Assembly: GCA_049903315.1 (NCBI GenBank)
Contig: JBNGBT010000006.1
Coordinates: 147,914 to 211,913, forward strand
Origin: Candidatus Cloacimonadota bacterium
GTDB taxonomy: Bacteria > Cloacimonadota > Cloacimonadia > JGIOTU-2
Direction: 5' to 3'
Length of the DNA: 64,000 nucleotides
Shown: positions 39,037 through 48,780 of the stretch, piece after piece
Position numbering within the stretch: position 1 is the first letter of the stretch
How the letters are laid out: every line of letters starts with the position of its first letter
Program-made: the position numbers and the translations under genes
Notes under the pieces: generated by a model
The model's database searches: none
Told to the model about the DNA's origin: nothing
The model's input: only the letters and a program-made list of their open reading frames with translations

Positions 39037-40449
39037 ATGAAAATGCTTATAGACGGTCAGTGGATTGATAAAAAAGAAAAGATAGAAGTGAGAAATCCTC
39101 TCAGCAATGAAGTGATCGATACTGTTCCTGCAGGGACAAAAGAAGATATAAAAAAGGCGATCGATGCGGCTGTGGAAGGATTCGAAATCAGCAAAAATAT
39201 GCCGGTTCATGAGCGGGTTGATATCCTTTTCAGAGCTGCTGCGATCATGAAAGAACGACAGGAAGAGCTTGCAAGAACAATTGCAATGGAAGGTAGTAAA
39301 ACAATTAAAGAGGCACGTGGTGAAGCAGCACGCGCAGTGAACACGATTACGCTTTCTGCAGAGGAAGCAAAGAGAATTCTAGGTGAAACAATCCCTTTCG
39401 ACAGCATGCCCGGTGCAGAAAATCGTGTGGGATATTACTATCGATTTCCAATTGGCGTTATTGCTGCGATCACTCCTTTCAACGATCCACTTAATCTCGT
39501 GGCACATAAGCTTGGACCCATCATTGCAGGCGGAAATTCATGTGTGCTGAAACCCGCAACTGTGACGCCACTTTCTGCTCTCAAGCTGGGAGAAATCCTC
39601 ATGGAAGCAGGACTTCCTCCCAAGGTTCTCAATATCGTTACCGGTCATGGAGATGAGATCGGAGATGCATTGGTGACTGATGAAAGGATCAGGATGGTCA
39701 CTTTTACGGGTGGACCGGATGCAGGAAAAGAAATAATAAAAAAAGCCGGATTGAAAAAGATCGGCATGGAACTCGGTTCGAACACACCGGTCATCGTAAT
39801 GGATGACTGCGACATCGATGCAGCAGTTGAAAGCTGCGTGTCAGGTGCTTTCTGGGCAGTTGGACAAAACTGTATTGGCGTACAGCGTCTCTATGTCCAA
39901 AAAGGAATTTATAAAGAGTTCGAGAAGAAGTTTGTAGAACGAACTAAGAAGATGAAAGTCGGTTACCAGCTTGATGAAGATACAGATATGGGTCCTATGA
40001 TCACCGAAACAGAAGCCAAACGTGTGGAGAGTTGGGTGAAAGAAGCAGTTGAAGCTGGTGGAATATTACTGACCGGCGGAGAACGCGACGGCGCAGTTGT
40101 GCAACCCACAGTGATGCGTGATGTGCCCAAAACATGCCATCTTGGACACGAAGAAGTTTTCGGACCGGTCGTAATTCTCTACAAAATTGATAACATTGAT
40201 GAAGCTATCAAAGAAGCAAACGATGTGGTTTATGGACTCCATGCAGGCATATTTACTAATGATATCAAGACTGCATTTAAAGCGATAAAAGGAATTGATG
40301 TCGGCGGTATTATGATCAATGACTCATCTGATTACCGCATCGATGGTATGCCCTTTGGCGGTGTTAAGAATTCTGGACTTGGACGCGAAGGCATCAAATT
40401 CTCATTAATGGAAATGACTGAACCAAAGGTGGTATGCTTTAATTTATAG
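39037..40449 (+). CDS. NAD(P)-dependent aldehyde dehydrogenase (lactaldehyde-DH/GAPN-like branch)
   Basis: ITPFNDP, FTGG, ELGSN, GQNCIG, EEVFGP, PFGGVKNSG motifs. Confidence 0.92.
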   Translation: MKMLIDGQWIDKKEKIEVRNPLSNEVIDTVPAGTKEDIKKAIDAAVEGFEISKNMPVHERVDILFRAAAIMKERQEELARTIAMEGSKTIKEARGEAARAVNTITLSAEEAKRILGETIPFDSMPGAENRVGYYYRFPIGVIAAITPFNDPLNLVAHKLGPIIAGGNSCVLKPATVTPLSALKLGEILMEAGLPPKVLNIVTGHGDEIGDALVTDERIRMVTFTGGPDAGKEIIKKAGLKKIGMELGSNTPVIVMDDCDIDAAVESCVSGAFWAVGQNCIGVQRLYVQKGIYKEFEKKFVERTKKMKVGYQLDEDTDMGPMITETEAKRVESWVKEAVEAGGILLTGGERDGAVVQPTVMRDVPKTCHLGHEEVFGPVVILYKIDNIDEAIKEANDVVYGLHAGIFTNDIKTAFKAIKGIDVGGIMINDSSDYRIDGMPFGGVKNSGLGREGIKFSLMEMTEPKVVCFNL

Positions 40450-40639
40450 AATCTGTATATATGAATGACAGTGTTCCAAGATGTGACGCAGGCGTCACGA
40501 ATTGAGCTGGACTCATTACCATCTACTTCTCCGAATGGAAAAACTTATTCTGTCCTGATTTCACAAAAATTAATTGACACGAAACAAAGCGCCCTAACAT
40601 TCACTATCTATATTACAAAATATTTAGAAAGGATGATGT

Positions 40640-41752
40640 ATGGCACTTTTTTCCAAAAAAGTAAAAAAGAAAAATGAAACGGCTACAGACGAGAACACGA
40701 TCCCGGCACAATGGAAGGTTTTCAATAATAGAGAGTCCTTCAGCTTGATATTTCAGGGTGAAGATATTTCCGAAAGAGTGGTAGTCGAGATGCTCGATGA
40801 CGATGCAGTGATCTTCGATCCTGAAGTCGGCATTTATTTTCTATTGAAGGGAATCAATAGCGTTGCAGAAGATGAAATACAAGACGTAATTGGATATTTT
40901 GCTGCGGATGGGGTTGCATGTATTTCGATCGATGAGTTAAAAACATATTACTGTTTCTACGAAGGTGAAAATGTCAGCAGTAACACTCAATCATTCTGGA
41001 TAAATGAAGATCTGTGTATTTGGGTTGCTGAGGACGAGGATTATCATCTTCTCAAATATAGCGAGAATCCGGTTGATAATGAGCTGCTCATCCCACAGTG
41101 CCTTGAAAGTGACAATGGTACTCTTTGGTATAAAGATGGAGAAAGTGGCTTCTGGCTGATGATAAATGGTGAGGCAATAGCTCCTCATACAAATAGTGAT
41201 TGGGTGGGGGATGATTATCTTGTATATGATTATGAAAGCGGCACATGGTATTATTTTGTTGATTATGAAACCGCTCCGCCATTTACTCCATTTTCCGCAG
41301 CAGTTCTTGAAGTAGAAGGAAAATATCTCTGGACGAAATCATCCAATGAAAATCATTTCATTTTTTACAAAGAAGGAAAGAGTATTTCTAATAGCTTAAA
41401 TGCGATTTTTGTCAATGATGATCTCATTGTGTTCATCGAAGAAGAGAATGCTCATTATCTCATGCAGGATTTTCGAAATGTGGAGCTGTTCAATCTCTAC
41501 GAGCCGGTTCTCCTTCCCAATAATACTGACGCTGTATGGCTTAAACCCAACTCCGATGAGTTTATGCTTTATGTGAGAGGGAATAATATAAGTTCTGATG
41601 TCACGCCAAGAATGATGGAAGGCAGCTTACTTCTTCTTCATCGTCCAACTAATATGATCTATATGTGTCCTGATTATGAACAGCAACCATTGAATGAATT
41701 CCTCCCCGCGGCAACTATGGAAGCAGGTAAATTCCTACATTATTTTGATTAA
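40640..41752 (+). CDS. Uncharacterised acidic protein with about five ~68-aa repeats
   Basis: Repeated W.K...F.L...G..I(S)......DD..V......Y...D(Y/F) pattern; gaaagga RBS. Confidence 0.75.
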   Translation: MALFSKKVKKKNETATDENTIPAQWKVFNNRESFSLIFQGEDISERVVVEMLDDDAVIFDPEVGIYFLLKGINSVAEDEIQDVIGYFAADGVACISIDELKTYYCFYEGENVSSNTQSFWINEDLCIWVAEDEDYHLLKYSENPVDNELLIPQCLESDNGTLWYKDGESGFWLMINGEAIAPHTNSDWVGDDYLVYDYESGTWYYFVDYETAPPFTPFSAAVLEVEGKYLWTKSSNENHFIFYKEGKSISNSLNAIFVNDDLIVFIEEENAHYLMQDFRNVELFNLYEPVLLPNNTDAVWLKPNSDEFMLYVRGNNISSDVTPRMMEGSLLLLHRPTNMIYMCPDYEQQPLNEFLPAATMEAGKFLHYFD

Positions 41753-41767
41753 AAGATCATACATTAT

Positions 41768-41804
41768 AATGCCACATCTCTTAAGCGGGTGTGGCATTTT
41801 TTTT
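41768..41804 (+). terminator. Intrinsic terminator
   Basis: aatgccacatc...ggtgtggcatt followed by a T-tract. Confidence 0.8.
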
Positions 41805-41874
41805 GAAGGATCGATAAACTTTGACATGATTATTTGTATATATGTAATATTCTAAGAAATTTTTAGGAGATGCT

Positions 41875-44247
41875 ATGAAGCATACGAGATTTTTTTCATT
41901 TTTCACCATACTCTTCATTCTTTTGATACTTTCTTTTAATGCATATTGTGATTCTACAAAATATGAGAACAGCCAGGCGGCACGCATATTGATGGATGGT
42001 AATTTTTCGGACTGGGATGATATTCCCATACTTTATCAAGATCAAACAGGGGATCAGCAGTACGGCAATATAGATTTCGGCGTATTAAAAGCTGCGAACG
42101 ATGAAAGATTTCTGTATATTTATATCGAAATTGGTGATGAGTTGAACCTTCAAGACAATAACCAAATATCACTTTTCCTCGATACCGACAACAATGCAAG
42201 TACGGGCATTCTAATAAATGGCATTGGCGCAGAAGTAAAATGGGTATTCGGCAGCAGGCAGGGAGTATATACTGCACGCTACACAATTTACCATCAATAC
42301 ATCGGACTTGTTACCGCACCGACCGTAACCTCCGACAGGTTTGAGATCGCGATCGACCGGACTTTGTCATTATTCGGACAGCAGTTATTTCCCTTGAATT
42401 CATTCAGGATCGCATTTCATGATGACGGAGCCGGGGATGATTATCTTCCCAATATTGGTGATATTGTTTCGTATAGTTTTGATAACTCGACACTTCCGCC
42501 ACTCAATCCTCTTTCTATAAAGAAAACACCTGGATCGGATTTCAGGATAATGGCGTATAATGTATTATCAAATAATATTTTTGAGCCGTCATTATATAAT
42601 AATTTTGATCGAATTCTCTCTGCGATAGATCCGGATATCATTGCCCTTGAAGAGATATATGATCATACCTCAAATGATGTGAAGCAGCTTGTAGAGTCGA
42701 TGCTTCCTTCGGGCACAGGCGAGCAGTGGTATTGCCAGGGCATATATGGAGATGATATATATGCAGTGAGTAGGTTTCCTATCACGGAATATTTTGTGTT
42801 GAATAAATGCGCGGCATTTCTTATTGATTTAAATCCACTCGTCGATTCGGATTTTTTATTCATCGTTGCCCATCTTTCATTCGGGGACTACAATGAAGAC
42901 CGGCAACTCGAGATTGATGAGCTTATGGCATTTATCAGGGACGCAAAAGAACCGGGCGGTGTGCTCACGTTGGAGGAATTTACTCCAATACTCATCACGG
43001 GTGATTTGAACCTTGTCGGGTATGCACAGCAGCTTGAAACACTCATCACGGGTGATATTGTCAATCCGCAGTTTGGACCTGATTTTTCGCCAGATTGGGA
43101 TGGTTCTGACTTTGGTGACCTCTGCGCTCGTTTGACAGATTTAACGATGTTTTATACATGGTATTCTGCAACCAGTTCTTATTATCCCGGCAGACTCGAT
43201 TTCATGATCTACAGTGATTATGTGCTCAATTCAGACCATAAGTTTGTGATGTTTACTCCCGAAATGAGTGCGGATTCTTTGAATGCTTACGGGCTTTATG
43301 CAGATGATGTGCCCGATGCCTCGGATCATATTCCTATCGTTTCGGATTTTACTGTTACTCAACCCGGATTGACTTCCATTTATGATATCCAATACACCAC
43401 AGATCCTGGACCCAACGGCACCTATCCTTCATTACTGGTTGATCAGACTATTACCACATCGGGTATTGTGACCGCTGTTGGTTATGGAGGTTATGATAAT
43501 GATTTCTTTATTTCATCTCCAGAGGGCAATCCCTGGGAAGGGATATACATATATTTTGCAGATGCCAGTCCAAGTATCGGTGATCTAGTTGAAATTACCG
43601 GGGATGTGTATGAATATTATGGATTTACTGAGATTCGATATGCATCTGTAGATGTCGTCAGTTCAGGGAATTCTGTGCCCGAACCATTACTCGTGAACAC
43701 AGGAAATTTGATCGAACCTGTCAATGCAGAAGCGTATGAGTGCTGCCTTGTGAAAGTCGAAAATGTCACTGTTACGCAGGCACCAAATTCTGATAATGAG
43801 TGGTATATTACTGATGGCTCCGGAGAGTGCCAGGTCGATGACGGAATGTTTGCCTATCCTGCCACTTTAGGAGAAGAATTTTCGTATATTATTGGCGCAT
43901 TGGATTATAACTGGGAAGAATATGGGATTAATCCGAGAGATGTAAATGATCTTGGTGCGTACTCGATTGATGAGCCGCAGAATGCTTCGGTAATTTTACT
44001 TCAAAATTTTCCGAATCCTTTCCAGGAAACAACGAAGATCAGCTTTTCTTTGAATCGAAACTCACATGTAAATATTCTCATTTACAATATCAATGGGCAG
44101 CTAGTTGGGAATTTGTTAAATTCTGATTTTTTAACCGGCACCCACTCTGTTGAGTGGATTTCTAAGGATGCAAAACCAGGTATTTATTTCTGTAAAATTG
44201 TAAGTGATGACCAATCACTCGTTCATAAAATGTTATTGATGCGATAG
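41875..44247 (+). CDS. Secreted endonuclease/exonuclease/phosphatase (EEP) family protein with OB-fold modules and CTD
   Basis: MAYNV, DPDIIALEE, GDLN, RLDF, SDHIP motifs; SIYDIQY/GDLVEITG OB region; NFPNPF CTD. Confidence 0.88.
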   Translation: MKHTRFFSFFTILFILLILSFNAYCDSTKYENSQAARILMDGNFSDWDDIPILYQDQTGDQQYGNIDFGVLKAANDERFLYIYIEIGDELNLQDNNQISLFLDTDNNASTGILINGIGAEVKWVFGSRQGVYTARYTIYHQYIGLVTAPTVTSDRFEIAIDRTLSLFGQQLFPLNSFRIAFHDDGAGDDYLPNIGDIVSYSFDNSTLPPLNPLSIKKTPGSDFRIMAYNVLSNNIFEPSLYNNFDRILSAIDPDIIALEEIYDHTSNDVKQLVESMLPSGTGEQWYCQGIYGDDIYAVSRFPITEYFVLNKCAAFLIDLNPLVDSDFLFIVAHLSFGDYNEDRQLEIDELMAFIRDAKEPGGVLTLEEFTPILITGDLNLVGYAQQLETLITGDIVNPQFGPDFSPDWDGSDFGDLCARLTDLTMFYTWYSATSSYYPGRLDFMIYSDYVLNSDHKFVMFTPEMSADSLNAYGLYADDVPDASDHIPIVSDFTVTQPGLTSIYDIQYTTDPGPNGTYPSLLVDQTITTSGIVTAVGYGGYDNDFFISSPEGNPWEGIYIYFADASPSIGDLVEITGDVYEYYGFTEIRYASVDVVSSGNSVPEPLLVNTGNLIEPVNAEAYECCLVKVENVTVTQAPNSDNEWYITDGSGECQVDDGMFAYPATLGEEFSYIIGALDYNWEEYGINPRDVNDLGAYSIDEPQNASVILLQNFPNPFQETTKISFSLNRNSHVNILIYNINGQLVGNLLNSDFLTGTHSVEWISKDAKPGIYFCKIVSDDQSLVHKMLLMR

Positions 44248-44275
44248 TAACTAAAATAATTGATTTTGAAAGTAT

Positions 44276-44306
44276 GGGCTGAAAATTATCAGTCCTCTTT
44301 TTTTTT
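44276..44306 (+). terminator. Intrinsic terminator
   Basis: gggctgaaaattatcagtcc followed by a T-tract. Confidence 0.7.
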
Positions 44307-44375
44307 GAAAAAAAATTAAACCCGTGATGCGGTTTTTTATCAAAAAATAGAAAGCATTGTTTTTACAGGAGTATC

Positions 44376-47216
44376 ATGAAAATTTCAATTCTTACAATTT
44401 CTACAGTATTACTGCTTTCAACTCTTCTATTTGCGCAGGATCTTTATGACATCGATACGATCACACAGATTGAGATAACCTTTGCAGAGTCAAATTGGGA
44501 TTATATACTTGATATGTATTATGCAGCCGGAGAAGAAGAGCGGTTGGTCGGATCAGTTCAAGTCAATGGAATACAATTTGATAGTGTCGGAGTCCGATAT
44601 AAAGGAAATAGTTCATATTCACCAAATAATGTGAAGAATCCCTTTAATATCAAACTTGATCATATTATTGATGATCAGACCTATCAAAACTACGGAACTT
44701 TAAAACTCGCCAATGGATATAAGGATCCTTCGTTCGTCCGGGAAGCTCTCAGCTATGAAATAGCACGCAATTATATGCCTGCAGGACTTGCGAATTACTG
44801 CGAAGTTACAGTGAATGGACAATATATAGGATTATACACAAGCGTACAGGATATTGATAAGTATTTTAAGAACAGTCACTTTCCTGGAGCGGGAGATGTG
44901 CGCCTAAAAGGTGAACTTGCCAGTGGCGCTAATCCGACGGTAACAACTGTTTGGGGTTATCATGGCGCTGATTCCAGCAGTTATTATGATTATTACGAAC
45001 TGGAATCTGATGAGGGTTGGGCAGATTTGATAGAATTCCTGGAAGTATTCAACAATAATCCCAACGAAATGGCAGATTATCTGAACGTAGATAATCATCT
45101 CTGGATGTTAGCTTTTGATAACCTGATGGTCAATCTGGATGCACCAATAAATTTTGGTCACAATTTCTATCTATTCAAAGACGGCTCTGATAGATTTAAT
45201 CCAATTCTTTGGGACTTGAACGAGAATTTTGGTTCGTTCTCAATGCTTTTAGGTGGTCAGCCCTTAAGCACATACCAAATGCAGACACTCGATCCTCTTT
45301 TAAATATAAATGATTCCGATTATCCTATTATTGGTAAGGTATTGAATATCGATACATACCAGAAAATGTATATAGCTCACATGAGAACGATCATAGAAGA
45401 AGTTTTTCAAACCGGCTGGTATGAAACTCGTGCAAATGAGTTGCAGGATATTATCGATGCAGAATATCAATCTGATCCAAATACATTTTATTCCTACAAC
45501 CAGTTTCTGCAGAATATAGACTCTACGGCTGGAGGAGGTCCCGGAAGTCAGCCTGTTGTCGGTATCACTGAGCTCATGGATACCAGAGCAACATGGTTAT
45601 TAACTCAATCCGAGTTCCAGGGTACAATTCCAGAAATTTCCAATCAAAACTATACCCCGCAGTTCGTTGCTCCCGAAACGACGGTATGGATCACTGCGGA
45701 TGTAACGGATGCTGATGATGTATTCTTATACTATAGATTGAACGCATATGACAAGTTTACTACCCTTGAGATGTATGATGATGGAAATCATAATGATGGA
45801 GCTGCAGGTGATGGTACGTATGGTGTCAGCATACAAGCAGGATATGATGATGTTCTTTATTATTTTTATGCACAGAATTCAGATCAGGGGGCATTCCTCC
45901 CACAAAGAGCTTCTGAAGAATACTATGAGATTGGAGTTGTCGGCGTAACAGGTGATGTTGTTATCAATGAGATAAATTATAATTCTGCTGATGACTTTGA
46001 TCCTGATGACTGGATAGAGCTGTATAACAATGACGATCAAGATGTGGATATCTCAGGATGGATGATAAAGGATGATAATGATGACCATATCTTCATTACT
46101 CCTGATAACACCCTTCTTGGACAGAACGAATACCTGGTGTTTTGTGCTGACACTTCAATGTTTAAGAGCTGTTTTCCGGATGTTGATAATTATATTGGCA
46201 ATTTAGATTTTGGTTTAGGCGGAGGTGGAGATCAAGTACGTTTGTTCAATACTGCAGAAGCACTGATCGATTCCGTGGAATATGATGATGAAGATCCATG
46301 GCCTACAGAACCAGATGGTAGCGGACCAACCCTTGAACTCGAGGATCCAAACCTGGATAATACGCTTGCTGAGAACTGGCATGCATCTTTAGATCATGGC
46401 ACTCCCGGAGCGATAAATAGCTGTATAGTGCCAGCGGACGATATTGTTATTAATGAAATAAACTATAATTCTGCTGATGATTTTGATCCTGAGGATTGGG
46501 TTGAACTCTATAACAATGATGTTGAAGACATTGATATCTCCGGTTGGATGTTCAAGGATGAAGATGATGAGCATGTTTTTACCATACCTGATAATACAAT
46601 TCTCGGGCAGGGAGCATATCTTGTACTTTGTTATGACACGACACTCTTTACAAGTTGTTTCCCAGAAGTTGATAATTTTGTTGGTAATTTAGATTTTGGT
46701 CTCAGCGGTGGAGGTGAACTTATTCGATTGTATAATGCAAGCAGCGAACTTGTTGATTTCGTTGAGTATGATGATGAAGATCCGTGGCCAACAGAACCGG
46801 ACGGGAACGGACCGACACTCGAACTCGATGATCCAAATCTTGATAATACGCTTGCGGACAATTGGCATGCATCAACTTATCATGGAACGCCTGGTGCGCT
46901 GAATTCCTCTGGTGTTGGCGTAGATGACCCGAATGATAACAGTGTTTTCTCGTTGAAGAACTATCCTAATCCATTTAATAGTCAAACCGAGATATCATTT
47001 TCACTGCCGCAAACTGAGTTCGTTGAAGTAATCATCTATAATATCAAAGGGCAACAACTGAAAACACTCACAAAAGAAACCTGTGCAAAGGGTGAATATG
47101 CCGTTACCTGGGATGGTCTGGATGATACGAACAAACAGGTTAGTCCCGGAATATATTTTGTAAAATTATCATCAGATCAGGCTACAAAGATTCATAAAAT
47201 GATCTTTCTAAAATAA
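44376..47216 (+). CDS. Secreted CotH kinase-family protein with two lamin-tail (LTD) domains and CTD
   Basis: VGVRYKGNSS, HNFYLF, WDLNENFG; duplicated VINEINYN..DWxELYN..GTPG (486-nt period); NYPNPF CTD. Confidence 0.9.
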   Translation: MKISILTISTVLLLSTLLFAQDLYDIDTITQIEITFAESNWDYILDMYYAAGEEERLVGSVQVNGIQFDSVGVRYKGNSSYSPNNVKNPFNIKLDHIIDDQTYQNYGTLKLANGYKDPSFVREALSYEIARNYMPAGLANYCEVTVNGQYIGLYTSVQDIDKYFKNSHFPGAGDVRLKGELASGANPTVTTVWGYHGADSSSYYDYYELESDEGWADLIEFLEVFNNNPNEMADYLNVDNHLWMLAFDNLMVNLDAPINFGHNFYLFKDGSDRFNPILWDLNENFGSFSMLLGGQPLSTYQMQTLDPLLNINDSDYPIIGKVLNIDTYQKMYIAHMRTIIEEVFQTGWYETRANELQDIIDAEYQSDPNTFYSYNQFLQNIDSTAGGGPGSQPVVGITELMDTRATWLLTQSEFQGTIPEISNQNYTPQFVAPETTVWITADVTDADDVFLYYRLNAYDKFTTLEMYDDGNHNDGAAGDGTYGVSIQAGYDDVLYYFYAQNSDQGAFLPQRASEEYYEIGVVGVTGDVVINEINYNSADDFDPDDWIELYNNDDQDVDISGWMIKDDNDDHIFITPDNTLLGQNEYLVFCADTSMFKSCFPDVDNYIGNLDFGLGGGGDQVRLFNTAEALIDSVEYDDEDPWPTEPDGSGPTLELEDPNLDNTLAENWHASLDHGTPGAINSCIVPADDIVINEINYNSADDFDPEDWVELYNNDVEDIDISGWMFKDEDDEHVFTIPDNTILGQGAYLVLCYDTTLFTSCFPEVDNFVGNLDFGLSGGGELIRLYNASSELVDFVEYDDEDPWPTEPDGNGPTLELDDPNLDNTLADNWHASTYHGTPGALNSSGVGVDDPNDNSVFSLKNYPNPFNSQTEISFSLPQTEFVEVIIYNIKGQQLKTLTKETCAKGEYAVTWDGLDDTNKQVSPGIYFVKLSSDQATKIHKMIFLK

Positions 47217-47230
47217 AGAGTGTAACAAAA

Positions 47231-47259
47231 AGGGCTGAAAATTTCTGCCCTCTCTTTTT
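47231..47259 (+). terminator. Intrinsic terminator, probably bidirectional
   Basis: aaaaagggctgaaaatttctgccctctctttt between convergent genes. Confidence 0.7.
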
Positions 47260-47284
47260 ATATTTATATATAAGTATAGTAGTG

Positions 47285-48010
47285 TTACATATTAATAATT
47301 AGTGATACAGAAAGTGTCGTATCGGTCTTTTTCAAAGTAGTGGGAACAGGCGCATTAACAAAATTGATATTATAACTTGCCTTGAGCGAGAGCATATCGC
47401 TGAGGGCAGTTGTCACAGCTGTCACAGAAGCAAGATCATAGTTATTGCTATTTTCGAAGTCATAATTGAATTCAAGGGATTGCGATACATTGCTTTTCTC
47501 GGAAAATGCATAAGCATACTCTGTGAAAGCTCTTCCGTTGAAATAGTCATTTTTTGTGTCATCAGTAAATTTTTCATCAACGTATTCGATACCTGCTTCA
47601 AAGTCAAGAGTATGTTTGGGACCGGTAAGTACTTTATAACCGAGAGCAGGACCGACCCATATCTTTGAATCAATACCTGCAAAAATATCCTTTGACCATC
47701 CGGCAACTATGCCAGTGTAAAATCTCTCTGAGATCAAGTACGTTCCCTTAAGTTTAGCGCTGTAATTCTCAGAATTCTTTACACCATCACTTTTGCCATA
47801 GAGTGCTGACAAACGAAGAATCGTTTCGATTTTTGGGGAGAATTTATACGTCAGCTTATCTTTTGCAGCAAATGTGGTAACTTCAGTATTACCTGAGGTG
47901 TTCACAAAGGAAAGTTCTGTGCTGTTGCTCCAGTTCTTATCCTGTGCGAAAAGTGATGAAGACATACAAACTCCAATGATTATGAACAAAACAATTTTAA
48001 ATATTTTCAT
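47285..48010 (-). CDS. DUF481/YdiY-like outer-membrane beta-barrel protein
   Basis: Signal peptide; SFVNTSGNT, GPALGY, KKTDT motifs; alternating strands. Confidence 0.85.
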   Translation of the reverse strand: MKIFKIVLFIIIGVCMSSSLFAQDKNWSNSTELSFVNTSGNTEVTTFAAKDKLTYKFSPKIETILRLSALYGKSDGVKNSENYSAKLKGTYLISERFYTGIVAGWSKDIFAGIDSKIWVGPALGYKVLTGPKHTLDFEAGIEYVDEKFTDDTKNDYFNGRAFTEYAYAFSEKSNVSQSLEFNYDFENSNNYDLASVTAVTTALSDMLSLKASYNINFVNAPVPTTLKKTDTTLSVSLIINM

Positions 48011-48193
48011 GTTTTCTCCTTGTTTTGAAAAGAAAATAATATCATATTGAAAAATGTCAATTAAACTATTTCAATGTTTTTTTACTCAGAAAAATCATGA
48101 AAGCAATATGGCGCGATAGAATAGTCTAAAAAAGAATATAATACTTGACACCATTATATGAAAGACTAGCAGGTGGATTCGAAAGGAGACCAC

Positions 48194-48778
48194 ATGATCT
48201 CAAGTATAGAATTGACAGTGCTTGGCTTGATAAGTTATAAGCCGATGCACGGATATAAAATATGCCATTTCTTTGAGAATAAGGGCATAGATGTGTTAAA
48301 GGAAATAAAAAAACCTTCTGTCTATGCGATACTTAAAAGATTTGAAAAACAGGAGCTTATCGTCGGCGAATATGAATTTGATGAGAATAATCCTCCGAGA
48401 AAAGTGTATGCTATTACCAAAATAGGAATTGCCTTTTTCCAGGAGCATTTGAAGGACTATTTATTAAATTTCTCATTCTTCAATCCAATTGAATTCTGGC
48501 ATCTCATTCGATTCAGCAGAAAAAATATCTCAAAGGAAGATTTCATTTTGATAATTAATCATATGAAGCAGGAAATTATTTCTCATGTAGCCAGTATGGA
48601 ACAAAAAAAGAATGAGATAATAGATAAAGCATCATTGCCTGAAAAGAATTTCTATTCTATCATGGGAGGTATGCTTGATACACTTCATAATGCAAATGTA
48701 CAAGCATTGAATGATTTTATTTTATTTGCAGATAATCCGGAAAATAAACCCTATTTCTTAGAAAATGAGGAGGAATAG
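48194..48778 (+). CDS. PadR family transcriptional regulator
   Basis: VLGLI...PMHGY, SVYAILKR, PPRKVYAIT..G motifs. Confidence 0.9.
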   Translation: MISSIELTVLGLISYKPMHGYKICHFFENKGIDVLKEIKKPSVYAILKRFEKQELIVGEYEFDENNPPRKVYAITKIGIAFFQEHLKDYLLNFSFFNPIEFWHLIRFSRKNISKEDFILIINHMKQEIISHVASMEQKKNEIIDKASLPEKNFYSIMGGMLDTLHNANVQALNDFILFADNPENKPYFLENEEE

Positions 48779-48780
48779 TA

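Noticed and set aside
35571..40449. Threonine/methionine biosynthesis or ectoine degradation (doe) operon
   Set aside because: No thrB/thrC/asd/aspartokinase, and no DoeA, DoeB or class III DoeD-type genes.
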